DNA of 64,000 nucleotides from the NCBI GenBank assembly GCA_025594325.1, contig JANHCV010000009.1, positions 1,240,001 to 1,304,000 on the forward strand, given 5' to 3'. The notes under the pieces are model-generated. The model was not told where the DNA came from. It did not search any database and saw only the letters and a program-made list of their open reading frames with translations. Position 1 is the stretch's first letter. Every line of letters begins with the position of its first letter. Position numbers and translations under genes: made by a program. Origin of the DNA: Blastocladiella emersonii ATCC 22665. Lineage: Eukaryota > Fungi > Blastocladiomycota. Positions 50,328 to 61,549 of the stretch are shown piece after piece.

Positions 50328-51828
50328 CATGGACCGTCGCGACTCGCTCTACGACCCGCCTGCCAGCTTGTACCGTATCCCCTTACCCCTCAGCTTGTAC
50401 CGTATCCCCTTACCCCTTACCCCTGCCCCTTGTCGAGCGTCCGTGGCTCACCCAAACCGCGCCCAAACCGCACCCACCAGGGAAACCGTCTCCTTGGAGG
50501 AAATGGAGTGGTGGCGCATGCCCATGCGCATGATCGAGTCCGAGGAGGCACACCAGACACCGGCCGAGGTGACCAAGGGCTGGAAGTTGGACCCGGTCGA
50601 TAAAGGGCGGCTGAACCGCCTCAAACGTGGCCAGCCGGTGGACCTTTCGCCACCTGTGGCATTCATCCCGCCGCCCTGCTGGGAGGACTTGAGCATCGCC
50701 GCCGCTGAGCTCGATGCGGACCTCCCGTCACCGTCCAAGATCCTTGGCGCCAACAGCGACCCTGCGTCCGCGGACGACCTCAACGACTTGTTCGACTCCA
50801 ACAACTTGTTCGATTCCGACGACTTGCTCGACCCCGTCTTCCACGCGTCGAGCTTGCTGCCCAAGCACATGTTTGGCACCACCGACGTGGATGATGACAA
50901 CGACTTCCTCACGTCGTGCTTGCAGACCTCGGACGCGTCTGACACTGCCAACAAGGATGACAACGACAACTTCCTCGCATCATGCTCGCAGACCTTGCGC
51001 ATTGACAACGGTCACGGCCCGAACCACCGCGCCCGCCACGCCAGCGTCCTGACCGCCTCTGTCACCGCCGACCATGATGCGCCCTTGGCCTCCGCAACTG
51101 GCGTCCCAAAACCCAAGGACGTGATCGGCGTCACGGCCAACGGCGCCGCGCTCATGTCGCCCATTGCGCTCGGCAACGTGCCCACGCTCGGCGGCAGCTC
51201 GTCTGACTCGCCCAACGCGAGCCTCGCCCCCGCTCCTGCAAGCCCCGCCCCTGCTCCCGCGGCTCCGTCGCCCGCAGCCATGGCGGCCGCCGCAAAACGC
51301 GCGCGGTGCGTGTTGTCAGACAGCGCCATCCGCGTCAAGACCAAGGTCGTTGTGCCCAACACCCACGTCAAGCTGTTGCCGCCAAGCTCCGGCAAGCGCT
51401 TGCACCCCGACGACGCTGACAATGACAACGAGGAGGAGGAGGACAAGCTGAGCCCGTTGCACGCTGCAAAACGCGCCAAACCAAACCACCCTGACCCCGC
51501 CGCGCAGTCCCAGTCCCAGTCCCAGTCGGCGCTCGACCTCATCACCGCGGCGCTTGCAAAACAAACCAAGCTTGCGGCCCTGCTCGCGGCCAAGCACGAG
51601 GAGCGCGAGACGCAGGCGGCGGCGCGGCACGCCAACCACGAGGCCCGCATGCTCGACATGTTCACCCGGATGCACGCCACGCACGCTGAGCGCGACGAGC
51701 TGCTCCAGCTGCGGACCCGCGAACTTGAGCTGCGTGAGCGCGAGGTCCGCGTGCGGGAGCGCGAACTCGACATGCGTGAGCGCGAGTTTGAGGCGCAGAA
51801 CAAGATGACAAAGGCGGAGATGTTGTGA
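50328..51828 (+). CDS. Hypothetical protein with acidic repeats and C-terminal E/R coiled coil
   Basis: Long ORF; DDLNDLFDSNNLFDSDD and a duplicated DDNDFL.SC.QT block; RERELELRERE coiled coil. Confidence 0.5.
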
Positions 51829-52058
51829 GGTCGGAGGTGGTTGATAATCGTTGATTTATTGTGACACGCTTGGCCCGGTTCCAAGGTGAGCAACGAACTT
51901 GGGAGACGCGGTCGATGCGAGCTTTGACAGGTCGCGAAATGAGCGGGTGGCTCAGCAGGTTGGTGAGAGACTCGTTGTCCCTGCATTCATCCACCACGGC
52001 ACCTCCTCCTTGTGCCATGAAGACTCGTAAACCCATGAAATAACTCGATGCAAACAAC

Positions 52059-53532
52059 ATGAACACGCAACCACCTGATGCTACTATGCCGCCGCGGCCC
52101 TGCCTCGGGTGCTTGGTCCGGCTCGCTGGCGAGGATGGCAACGTCCCGATCGAGCCCTTCAGCAGCACTTACGCGGGCGACGTTTTCCTCTACCACGACG
52201 CCAGCGAGCGGGACCGCCACCTCGACGCGCTGCTCTGCGGGTTCCATGACCTGCGCGCTGTTGCACAGCCGATGGCCGATGCCCAACGCAAGGGCTCGGT
52301 CGCCGCCATGAACTTCTTGCTCAACAATGTCCGTCCCGAGATTGTCGCTCGCTCGCTCGCTCTTGATTATGCACGCGATTTGCAGCAAGCCCGACGTTGA
52401 AATTACTTTCGTTGAGCAGCTCTGGCTCTCCGCGCGACTCGAGCCCGCCGCTCACGAGTTTTGGATCAAGCTGCTGCGCGAGTGCCTTGACCGTGACTGG
52501 CTCGACCCGGCCTCGTCGGTTCGCGTCATGGACGAGGTCACACTGCAGGCCGTGCGTCGCTGCTGGCGCGCGTGGATTCAGCACGCTTCCCAGCCCTCGC
52601 CCGCCAAGAACGCGACCGCGACTACTACCGCGAGCGTCGATGCTCATGCCCGCGAGCACTGCGCCGCTGCCGTCTTCTGGGGCCAGGAGCACCTCCTGCG
52701 CCCGGCCGCCAAAGGCCGGCTGCGCACCGCCATCAACCAACAATTCGACGAGAAAACGTTCTTCATCGGTTTGCACGGCAAGTTTGACCTCGCCGACTGC
52801 CCAATCAACGTCACCTTTCTCGGCGTCCAACCCAACGGAACCACCATGCCGCTTGCCAACACGCTCCCGTCCCCGCTGACGGGCATCTGCTTCCCCGTCG
52901 ATGCAGGCGTGAATCTCGAGCGCTTGATGCTCGACCAAGCGCGCGACTGGCTCACCGCACTTTACGTCGCCTTCAACCCGGACCGCCCGCCCGGCGAGCC
53001 GCGCTACACCCTCACGTTTGTCGCCAACGACGCGGTCCTGCTGCTCGAGCGTCTGGTCGCCGATCCCGCGCGCCGCTTTGACGTGATCGACACGTCGTCG
53101 CTCCTCGACACGTGCGGTCTGCTCAACCTCGTGGTCCACGGCGTGGTGACGCTCAAGTCCAACTCGCGCACCGCCTTTGATCGCTCGATGCTGCGCGCCT
53201 TCTCGCGCAAGCTCAGCGAGAGTCAGCTGCCGGTCACGTCGCTTGCCGAGTCGCTGTTGATCGCTCCTCATCACACTTGTCCGTACCTCTTCGGCGTCGC
53301 CCTGCTTGAGGTGCCGGGCCCGGACGAGTGGCAGAGTTCCGTTCGGCTGCTTGCGCATCATGACCGCGAGCTCGCCGCGCCGCGCTACCTGTCCCTCACC
53401 TTTGCCAAGACGGAAGTTCCCGGCGCGCCTATGACGCTGGACGAATACGGTGCGAGTGCTTTTCAACGGCAGTGTGCGGACTGGAAAGAAGAACGCGCTC
53501 GCGTGGGAGCGCATTGCGGACTCGGACCTTGA
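52059..53532 (+). pseudogene. DUF4470-like protein gene interrupted by a frameshift in a (GCTC)4 tract
   Basis: NFLLNNVRPEIVARSL/LIMHAI and RFDVIDTSSLLDTCGLLNLV resemble fungal DUF4470 (MYND-associated) proteins. Removing one GCTC unit joins the two ORFs. Confidence 0.6.
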
Positions 53533-54227
53533 TATCTCAAACCGCGTTCGAACAGGAGCACAAGTCGAAGCTCGGGCACGCGAACGTCGACGACCTTAGG
53601 TTGCTGCGTCGGGTCCGTCTATTTGGTTGCTGCTGCAACTGCGCGGCGAGCCGTAGAAGAGCACGACGTCGCGGGAAAGAACAGGAAACGCAGCTGTGAG
53701 GGTCAGGTCCCAGGGGTGGTTGGACGGGCGAGTATTACGGTGGGGTGATAATTGATCCTGTTCCGCGAGGAGCGAGGACCGGGCGGACCGCTCCTCCGGG
53801 TGAAATACCAAACACAAACACACGCGTCCGAGACAGAAAACCGGCGGCGCCACTCGCGCCACAGTCCGCGTGGCCGCGTTGCGCCACACTGTCACGCTGC
53901 GCCGTGACAGCAGCGCATTCAAAGCTGAATGCTCGAAGTGGTCAGCGAGTCGTTGGTTCACGCACGCGCCGCGTTGCAGTTCATGCGTGGCGTGGACGTT
54001 GAGAGTCGACAGAGATACCTCGTGTTCTACAAGCGAGATTTGTGGGTTAGTCTCGAGCGTATGGAATTAAACGGACGCAAAGGCACGTACAAGAGGAGAG
54101 CACGGAATGGGTCGGGAAGGTGGTGGGAGTGCGATCGAGAGAAGTAGTACACACCAAAGGTGGTTGAGAGCGAGATTGTGAGCAGCGCGTGATGCCAAAC
54201 TTGACCCCCGAGCTGGTCTAGCGCCGC

Positions 54228-57200
54228 TCAATCGAAGATCTGGAGCACCTCTTCCACATCGTCGTCCTCGTCAACGACCTTGGCGGCCTTCTTGCGCGAG
54301 TACGGGCGGAGCCATTCGGGTAGATCGTCGTCGGCGCTCCAGGGCTCACGGCGAGGGATCAGAACACCGAGCAGGAAGGAGAGGCCAGTTCCGTAGACGG
54401 GTTGACGAGAAGGAGGAGGAGCCGTTGCCGCCGAGGACGAGTCAGACGCGGTACTTGGAGCTTCGGCGCGAGTCGAGAAAGTAGCGGACGACGTCGACGA
54501 GGTTGTGCGGAAAGCGTTGCCTAGAAGGTCCGAGAGGTCGTCGTCGCGGCCGCCGCTCCTGCCGCCGGGCATGACGCGCTTGGGCTCAGGCGCAGCGTCG
54601 AGAACACTGCGCGTCGCGCGGTCGAGTTGCTGCTCGAGTTGGTCCACCTTGCTGTTGTGGACAATATTGCCGATCCAGTCCGAGAAGCGAGGGCTGTCTT
54701 GGGGTGCCGGTGCGGAACCCCTGCTGCCGCGCGCGCGAGCGGTTGCACGAGCGGAATCGAGAGAAGCCAGTCCGGAACGGACATCCCGCGAGAGCTGACT
54801 CGACGGCGAGACAGAATCGCCCGTACCGGAAGCACCAGACGCGGTTTCGATGGCCTGCGTGAAGTCCGAGTTCGACGTATCCATAGCCAACGTGCTACTC
54901 AAGTCGACATCCGACGGCGACGCGGTGCGCGAGCCGGCCTTCATAAACTTGGTACCATGCGCGTTGGTCGACGAAGAGGAAGCGCCAGAGTCGACGCACC
55001 CCGCCGAGCGTGGCGCAGTACAGACTGCCGCGAAGCTGTTGGTCTCGATGTGCACGGCGCCAGCGGTCGGCGAGGTACGAGTGAAGGATGGTGCCGAGCT
55101 CGCGGTCGAGACGCCGTCAGAAGTCGCCGAGGTGCCGCTGAGCGACATGGGTCCCGAACAGCCGAGGACCGTGGCAGAACGAGTGTTCGAGGATGGCGAA
55201 GCCTCGGATCCTGAAATCAAAGCGTCAAGCTCCATGGAACCGGAAGCGGGCGCGTCGAGTTGCCGCTGGTCACCCAGAGTAACCGAGTCGAGAGCTGTCG
55301 CCGATGATGGAGAGGGAGTTAGTGGAAGCGGGATGGTCGAGTCGGTCAGCGTGCGCGGGTTGACGCGGGCGCGCTTCGAGACAATGAAGAAGCCGAGCGC
55401 AATCGAGTTGGTCGGGTCCATGTCGTCAAACGCGCGCTTACCCGGCCGTACCACGCCGTACTCGGACGGCAATGAAGACGAGGAGGCCGTGACTGCGGGT
55501 ACACGTTGAGGTGCGAGAGTTGGTACGGGAAGAAGCGCCGCCGCGGCAACGGGCGCGAGCACGGGTTCCATGGTCGAGACAGCCGTCTTACTCGATGCCG
55601 AAGCGTCGGCCGAGTCCATAATCACCTCAATTGCGGGCGTTACAGGAAGCGACAGATGGTCGGGCACGGGGGCCGAAGTGGCCGAAGCTGCGGGTTGTTC
55701 CGCGTCGAGGGCGGCAGCGTCGCGGATGCTGAGCTGCTCGAGCACGTCAGCGAGCGGGCCTGGCGGACGCGCGGCTGGGCGCGGATCGACCCGCATGCGC
55801 TTGCCGCGGCCGGATCCAGTCCCGTAGCCCGTCGCGTACGTCGGCTCGGTCTACGAGTAGTACCGCTTGCCAGCCCGCGCCAGCATGCCGGCGGCCGTCA
55901 GTTGTGGACCTGTGATGGGCGCGACCGGCTCAGCGAGAGCAGCGCGGTCACTCGATGGCTCAGGAACGGGTGCGGGATGGACGTGTACCGCTGCGGAAAC
56001 GATAGCTGCATCTGCGACGGGCGAAGCGGTCGGTTCCACGCGCGGGACGCTGTCCGAGAACGAGTTGGGCGTGGACTGCGCGCGATCGAGCGGATCGGGA
56101 ACGAGTGCAGCCGTTGCTGTGACCGCGGTGGTAAGCCGGTCCGTGACGGCCGCGTCGGTGCGCAGTGAGTCTCGATGAGCGGCGCCACGGCAAAAGCACT
56201 CGCGGACGCCCGAGATGGCGGCGCGGGCGCCTCCTGGACCACGACCGAGGACGCGGGCGCGAGCGGCGCACGAGCGGCGCAGTCCTGCGTCGACACGTCG
56301 GCAATCACCGCGGCGACGGAGGTGGGAGCGACGAGCGAGGCCGTGGAGCCGCCGAGCTGCACCTGCACGTCGCGCACCTGCGGCTGGTCAAGTCGCGAGG
56401 TCACGCACGCGGGCGGCTGCGCCGGAGAAGCGGCAGCAGCGTGGCGCTCAATCGACTCGGAGGCGACCGCGTCATAACCAGCCGTCGCCGCGACACCCGC
56501 CCGAGTCGGCAGAGGCGACGTAGCGATGGGCGCTGGGACGACCGGGACAGGGCTAGCGAGTGCACCGCCGTCGAGCGTCCAGGCGGGAGGAGCTACGGGC
56601 GAGGCAGCGCGTGTGACAGGGTCGCGGGCCTCGACGAGCGTGGAGCTGGCCGTAGACGGACCCGAAGCAGCAGGACACACAGGTTCGGCGTCGACGACGA
56701 CCAGCGACTGGTGCTGCGAAGTTGCGGCGGCGGCGCGAGCCGAGGTGCGCGAGGTCGGGTAGACGGCCGTCACCGCGGACGGGCTGCCCGTGTGCTCTTT
56801 GGAGAGGTGACGACGACGGGGAGCCGTACGGGGCGCGCGATAGTGCTGCAGCAGCATGGTCGACGTGCCGTCCATCAACAGCTGGCGGTACAGATGGTGG
56901 CGGCTGGCCTTGGCGATGGCCGTAGTCTTGCGCAGCGGGCCCGACTTGACCATGAAGGTCACGTCGGACGCGGGCACGCGAGTAGTGGAAGACGTCTCAG
57001 AGGCAGGACGAGGAACTACCAGTCGAATTGAGAGCAGTCAGACTATGCGAGTCACGACTCTTCCTAGCGTAAACTCGATCGTACCAGGTGCAGGAATCCA
57101 CGTCGGCGACATGCACGAGACACTGGGCTGCGACTCGACCGTGACGAGCGGAATCGCGCTGACGTGGGCTACAAGGATCGGGTGTTAGTGACGACGCTCG

Positions 57201-59614
57201 GGACGCTCGACCAGTCATTTGGCAAGAGTGTACCGTGGTAGGCGGGCAGAGCCGGGATCAGAAGCTGCTGGTAGTACTGCAGCGGATGCGTGGCCGGAGC
57301 AGTAGACGTGGTTGAGTTGACGAGCCGAGTTGGCGCGACGAGGCTTGCGGATACGGGTTCGGCAGTGGCGCGGACGATCGAGGGCGGAAGCGACGCGTGG
57401 AGGGCTTTGGGAGCAAGATGAGGGACAGGACGGGCGTCGACCGGCGCGTCGTCTGGCGAGAGCGCCGAGCCGGAAGCCGCTGCGCGATGGGCGAGATCGG
57501 CGGCGGTTGGGTCGCACGTGGGGACGCGGTCAGACTCGGCCTTGACGGTCAGCCGCGTGTCAGAGTCGGCAGTGCGGTTTACGACGGCGGTCACGGCTGC
57601 GTTGGGCAGCACTGCGGAAGACTCGTTGGCGACCGTGGTGGTCTCGTTCGGCGGTGCCGAGATCATGTCCATGACGGGCGGTGGAGAGCGAGTGCCCGGC
57701 CCGGCGGCGGTCGAGTCGCGGCCAACGGGGCGGTCCGTCTCGACCTCGACCGCCGGCTGCGCGTCGAGCAGCGCAGCGGGCGACTTGTCGGCGACAGCAG
57801 CGAGCACGATAGCGACAGACGACGGGGGCGAGACCACTTCCACGACGTGCGTCGACGCACTGATCGGCGGGTCCGAGAAGTGGACCGAAACGGGCATGAC
57901 CTGCTCGACCTGGCGACGAGGATCAGCGGCGGCGGCATGACACGCGTCAGCGGTAGTAGAAGTCACGGCGACCATTGTTCCGAGAACTTGCGGCGCAGCA
58001 GCGGGTGACGCGGCCGCGGCGATGCAGGTGACGGGCGGATCAACTGCGCGAGTGGCCGCCGAGCTGGCGACGGCGACTGGTGGCGGGCCCGTGACGGCAG
58101 ACTGCTGCTGGAACGAGTCGTGAGCGACGGCGGGAACACGGGCCACACCAAGCGAGCCGTCCGCGATGGCCGAGGCTGGCGCGGCGAGATGGGCCCGGAT
58201 CTCGATGGCCGAGGTAATGGTGCGCACCGCGCCACCGGTAGTTGACGAAGAGGAGGAGGCGGACGATTTGCGGATCTCCTTGGCGCACTCGAGCTGGGCC
58301 GCCAGGATAGCCGGCCGACCCACCGGGACAGCGAGTTGAAGCGCGGCGGGCAGCGTGGTCCCGGCCGTCGAGATGTCCTTGGCGACGAGCGGGACTCGGT
58401 TCGGGTGAACACGAGCGACCGAGACCTGCGTGGCCAGCACGTCGACGCCCGAGTCGGCCTTCTTGAGTGGCGGCGGCACGCGGCGCGCCAGCTGAATCGA
58501 CTCGGAGGTGCTAGCCTGCTTTCCGAGAGCGCGCGCTGGAACAGACACGAAGGCGCGGACCGCGTACGAGACGGTCGTGATCTTGGCGTCGGCGGTTACC
58601 GGCGCGAGAAGGCGGCGGGTCGGGTCGATGGACGACTCGGAGCCGATCAGTTGGGTTGCGCCAGAAGTAGTCGCGGTAGAACCCGTCGTCGACCGAGTCT
58701 CAAACTTGGGGAAGTTGGGCACTACACGCAGGGTGGTTAGCTTCGGGTACAACCATAGCATGTCCGAGTAGCAAATCGTACCCGTGGGCTTGCTGAAGGT
58801 ACTGGAACGAGCCATGATCTCGGTCGAGCTGAATGACGTGGGCGGGAGGGGAGGCAGCGGCTGCGCGGTGCCCGTGGCGGTCGTCGGCATGTTGGACGGC
58901 GGCACGACGGGCGGAAGAGTGAAGCCGACCGGGATCGCGGCGGGCATGAGGATAGGAGCGCGGAGCGTTGTGGCAGACGATTTGGTGCGCGGGAGGAGGT
59001 GAGGAGACGCTGCTGCCGTTGCCGAGCGACGGGCCATTTCCGAGATACGGGGTGATGCCGAGCGGGTCGCGGCCGAGAAGCGGTTGGAGGTCGGCTGCCG
59101 GACAGGCCACGGCGTGGAGCGGCGGCGCTGGCGCCGGATCATGTCGTTGATATAGACGAGCGGGTTGCGGAGGAAGGCGGCCGAGAAGTCGGCGCAGTCG
59201 ACGATGGAGATGGCGAGCGTGCGGATACCGCGATAGACCGAGCCGGCCGTGTCCTTGACCATGGCCATGATGGCGGTCCACACGCTGCGCCACGGGAACG
59301 ACTGTGAGGCCGGAGCGCTGACAAAAGAAGCCTACGAGCGAGTCGGCAGGGCGAAGTCAGTCGCGGAATGTTCAGACGGTGATCGAGTTACGTACCTTGG
59401 TGTAGATCAGGGCAAACACAAACAGGCCGAGCGCAGCGGCGAAGAGCGCGAGACCGGCGACGAGGACGGGGACCGACGCGATGGCGGCGGCGTAGAAGGG
59501 GAGGGCGAAAAAGAGCCCGTCCGAGAACGCGCTCAGGCCGAGGAACGCGAACATGGCGACGACGCTGAGCACGAACAGCGCAAACGCGTCGACGAGGTAC
59601 ACGGGCGTGATCAT
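54228..59614 (-). CDS. Large Ser/Thr/Ala/Pro-rich low-complexity gene (or genes) with N-terminal transmembrane helices; exon structure uncertain
   Basis: Hydrophobic MITPVYLVDAFALFVLSVVAMFAFLGL... exon from ATG 59614, then long ORFs 57169..59283, 55898..56977 and 54228..55796 on the same strand. Confidence 0.4.
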
Positions 59615-61549
59615 GGTGGCGGTGGATTTCCGGGAGCTACACGATGGGTCCGGCCGCACAGTTTCAGCGGGAAGTTCGAGGTCGCGGTCAAGTCGAGCAA
59701 ATCCATACGATCACGATGCAGAGAGATCACGGAGTGAGTGGTGCCGAGGTGTCGGCGTCGTTGAGCGAGCGAGCGACGCGTCGCGCCGTGTCTCGCAGGG
59801 CGCCATGCCGCGGGCGGAGACAAGTGAAGGGAGGCACGGGCAGCGCGCGAGCGTTCGTGTTCGCGGCCCGGTCGAGCGGGCGAGTGCCCTCGAGCCGACT
59901 TCCGGTCATCGTCTCCCACGGCGTGCAGCGACCGGCTGATCCGCCACGACACGTCGACCCACACGGCGGCGACGTGGGCAGTGCCAGCGACGAGAAGGTT
60001 CGAGTCGGATCGACCGAGCGGATGGCGCAGATCGTGTTGCGCTCACGGTCTCGGGCGCGAGGAAGGCGGCGCCGAGGGCAGGTTGGGCGGGGCCAGTGGC
60101 AAGCGGCGCCACGGCAGCGAGGCGATCGTGGCGTCGAGTGGCGCGGCGCCGTGTCCCCCACCGCCACCCTTTTTCACGGCGGGAACAAGCGGCAGTCGGA
60201 TCACGGATCATGAGGGGCAGGTCGCAGGCTGAGCTTTGAGGGCGCTCCCACGCGCGGTCGCGACCGGCGGGTCGGCGGCCCGGTAAGCGCGAGGATCTCA
60301 CCAAAGCGTTCGCGGTGCACCAAGTAATCTGCTCCATCCCGACTCGGATCTCGAGGTGGCGGCCAGGGAAGCGACAGCAGCTGCGAAACGCGAAGATTAC
60401 AGCGTGGCGCCCATGCGCACGTGATGCTATCTTCCCCTCGCCGAGACGCGTTCGCCTTGATCCTCGCGTTTATCTCTCCCTGGGATCGCCTTGGAGTCGG
60501 GCGAATGGAATACTCGATGCACTTACTCGCTTGAAAGTCGATCGGCTCAGCGCGGACCGGGCCGGCGGGTCGGCATCAGGAAGACCCCCCTTCCCCTTCT
60601 CTTCAATGCGCGGCCACGTCACGCTGACCGATCGCTTCCGTGCGTCTCTGTGGCAGCGCCATAGCCAGACACCCCGCTGATATGGGGCCAGGTACCCCCT
60701 CCCCTCAACACCCACTCGCGCGCAGGTGGGGGACACGCGCCGCCTCGCCTCGCCGTCATCATGACCGCTCGCTTGTTCGCACACCCTCCATCATCTCGCC
60801 CGACCTTCGAGATCGCCCTCGCCGTCGTCCCTGCACGCACCACCGACTCGATCCGCACCCTCGCCACCTTCACCACGGCCGCCGACCCCGCCGCGGTCGC
60901 GCCGCCCATCATCACCGCACATCATCACCGCCCGCATCACGACCACCCGCAACACGTTCCCGCGTCGCCGCGCTCGCTCTCGTGCATCGCGGTGGTGCGC
61001 GCGAACGGGAGACGGCGCGAGCGCGAGCGCCAAGCCGTACCGCGCGCGCCGTGCCTCCCTCGGCCGCCTTCTTCTTCACCGCGTCGCCGCGCACGCTCGC
61101 GGGCACCGCGTCGCCGCACACGTTCTCGGGCCACGGCCGCTCTCCTTCCGCACGCCGCCTGCCGCTGCCCGAGATGTCTCGCATCACGCGACCCGCGCGC
61201 CGCCGTCTCCCTGCCACCACCGCCACCACGACGTCGCGCGCGCGTGCACCGTGTCTCCTCTCGCCGAGATTGTCTCAAACCACCCGACGCGTCGCGCCGC
61301 ACGCCCGCCCGCGCGCGGCCGCGCGCTCGAGATTTTGCTGCGTTAGCCCGTGGCCGTGCTGCGCCGCGCCGCCGTCGGACCCCCTCCCTCCCGCCCTCCC
61401 TCCCTGCTCCATAGCCGCGGCCCCGATCCTCTCGCTCACGATCCTCAAACGATCCTCGAAGACCTCGACGAGTACGGCCTCCTCGCTCGACGACCGCCGC
61501 GCGCACACATTGACCACCCATCACGTAGCCGTGTTTCCTCCTCATCACC

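Noticed and set aside
50371-50430. Telomere-like CCCCTTA repeats
   Set aside because: Only 3-4 imperfect units inside an ORF, and not the CCCTAA consensus.
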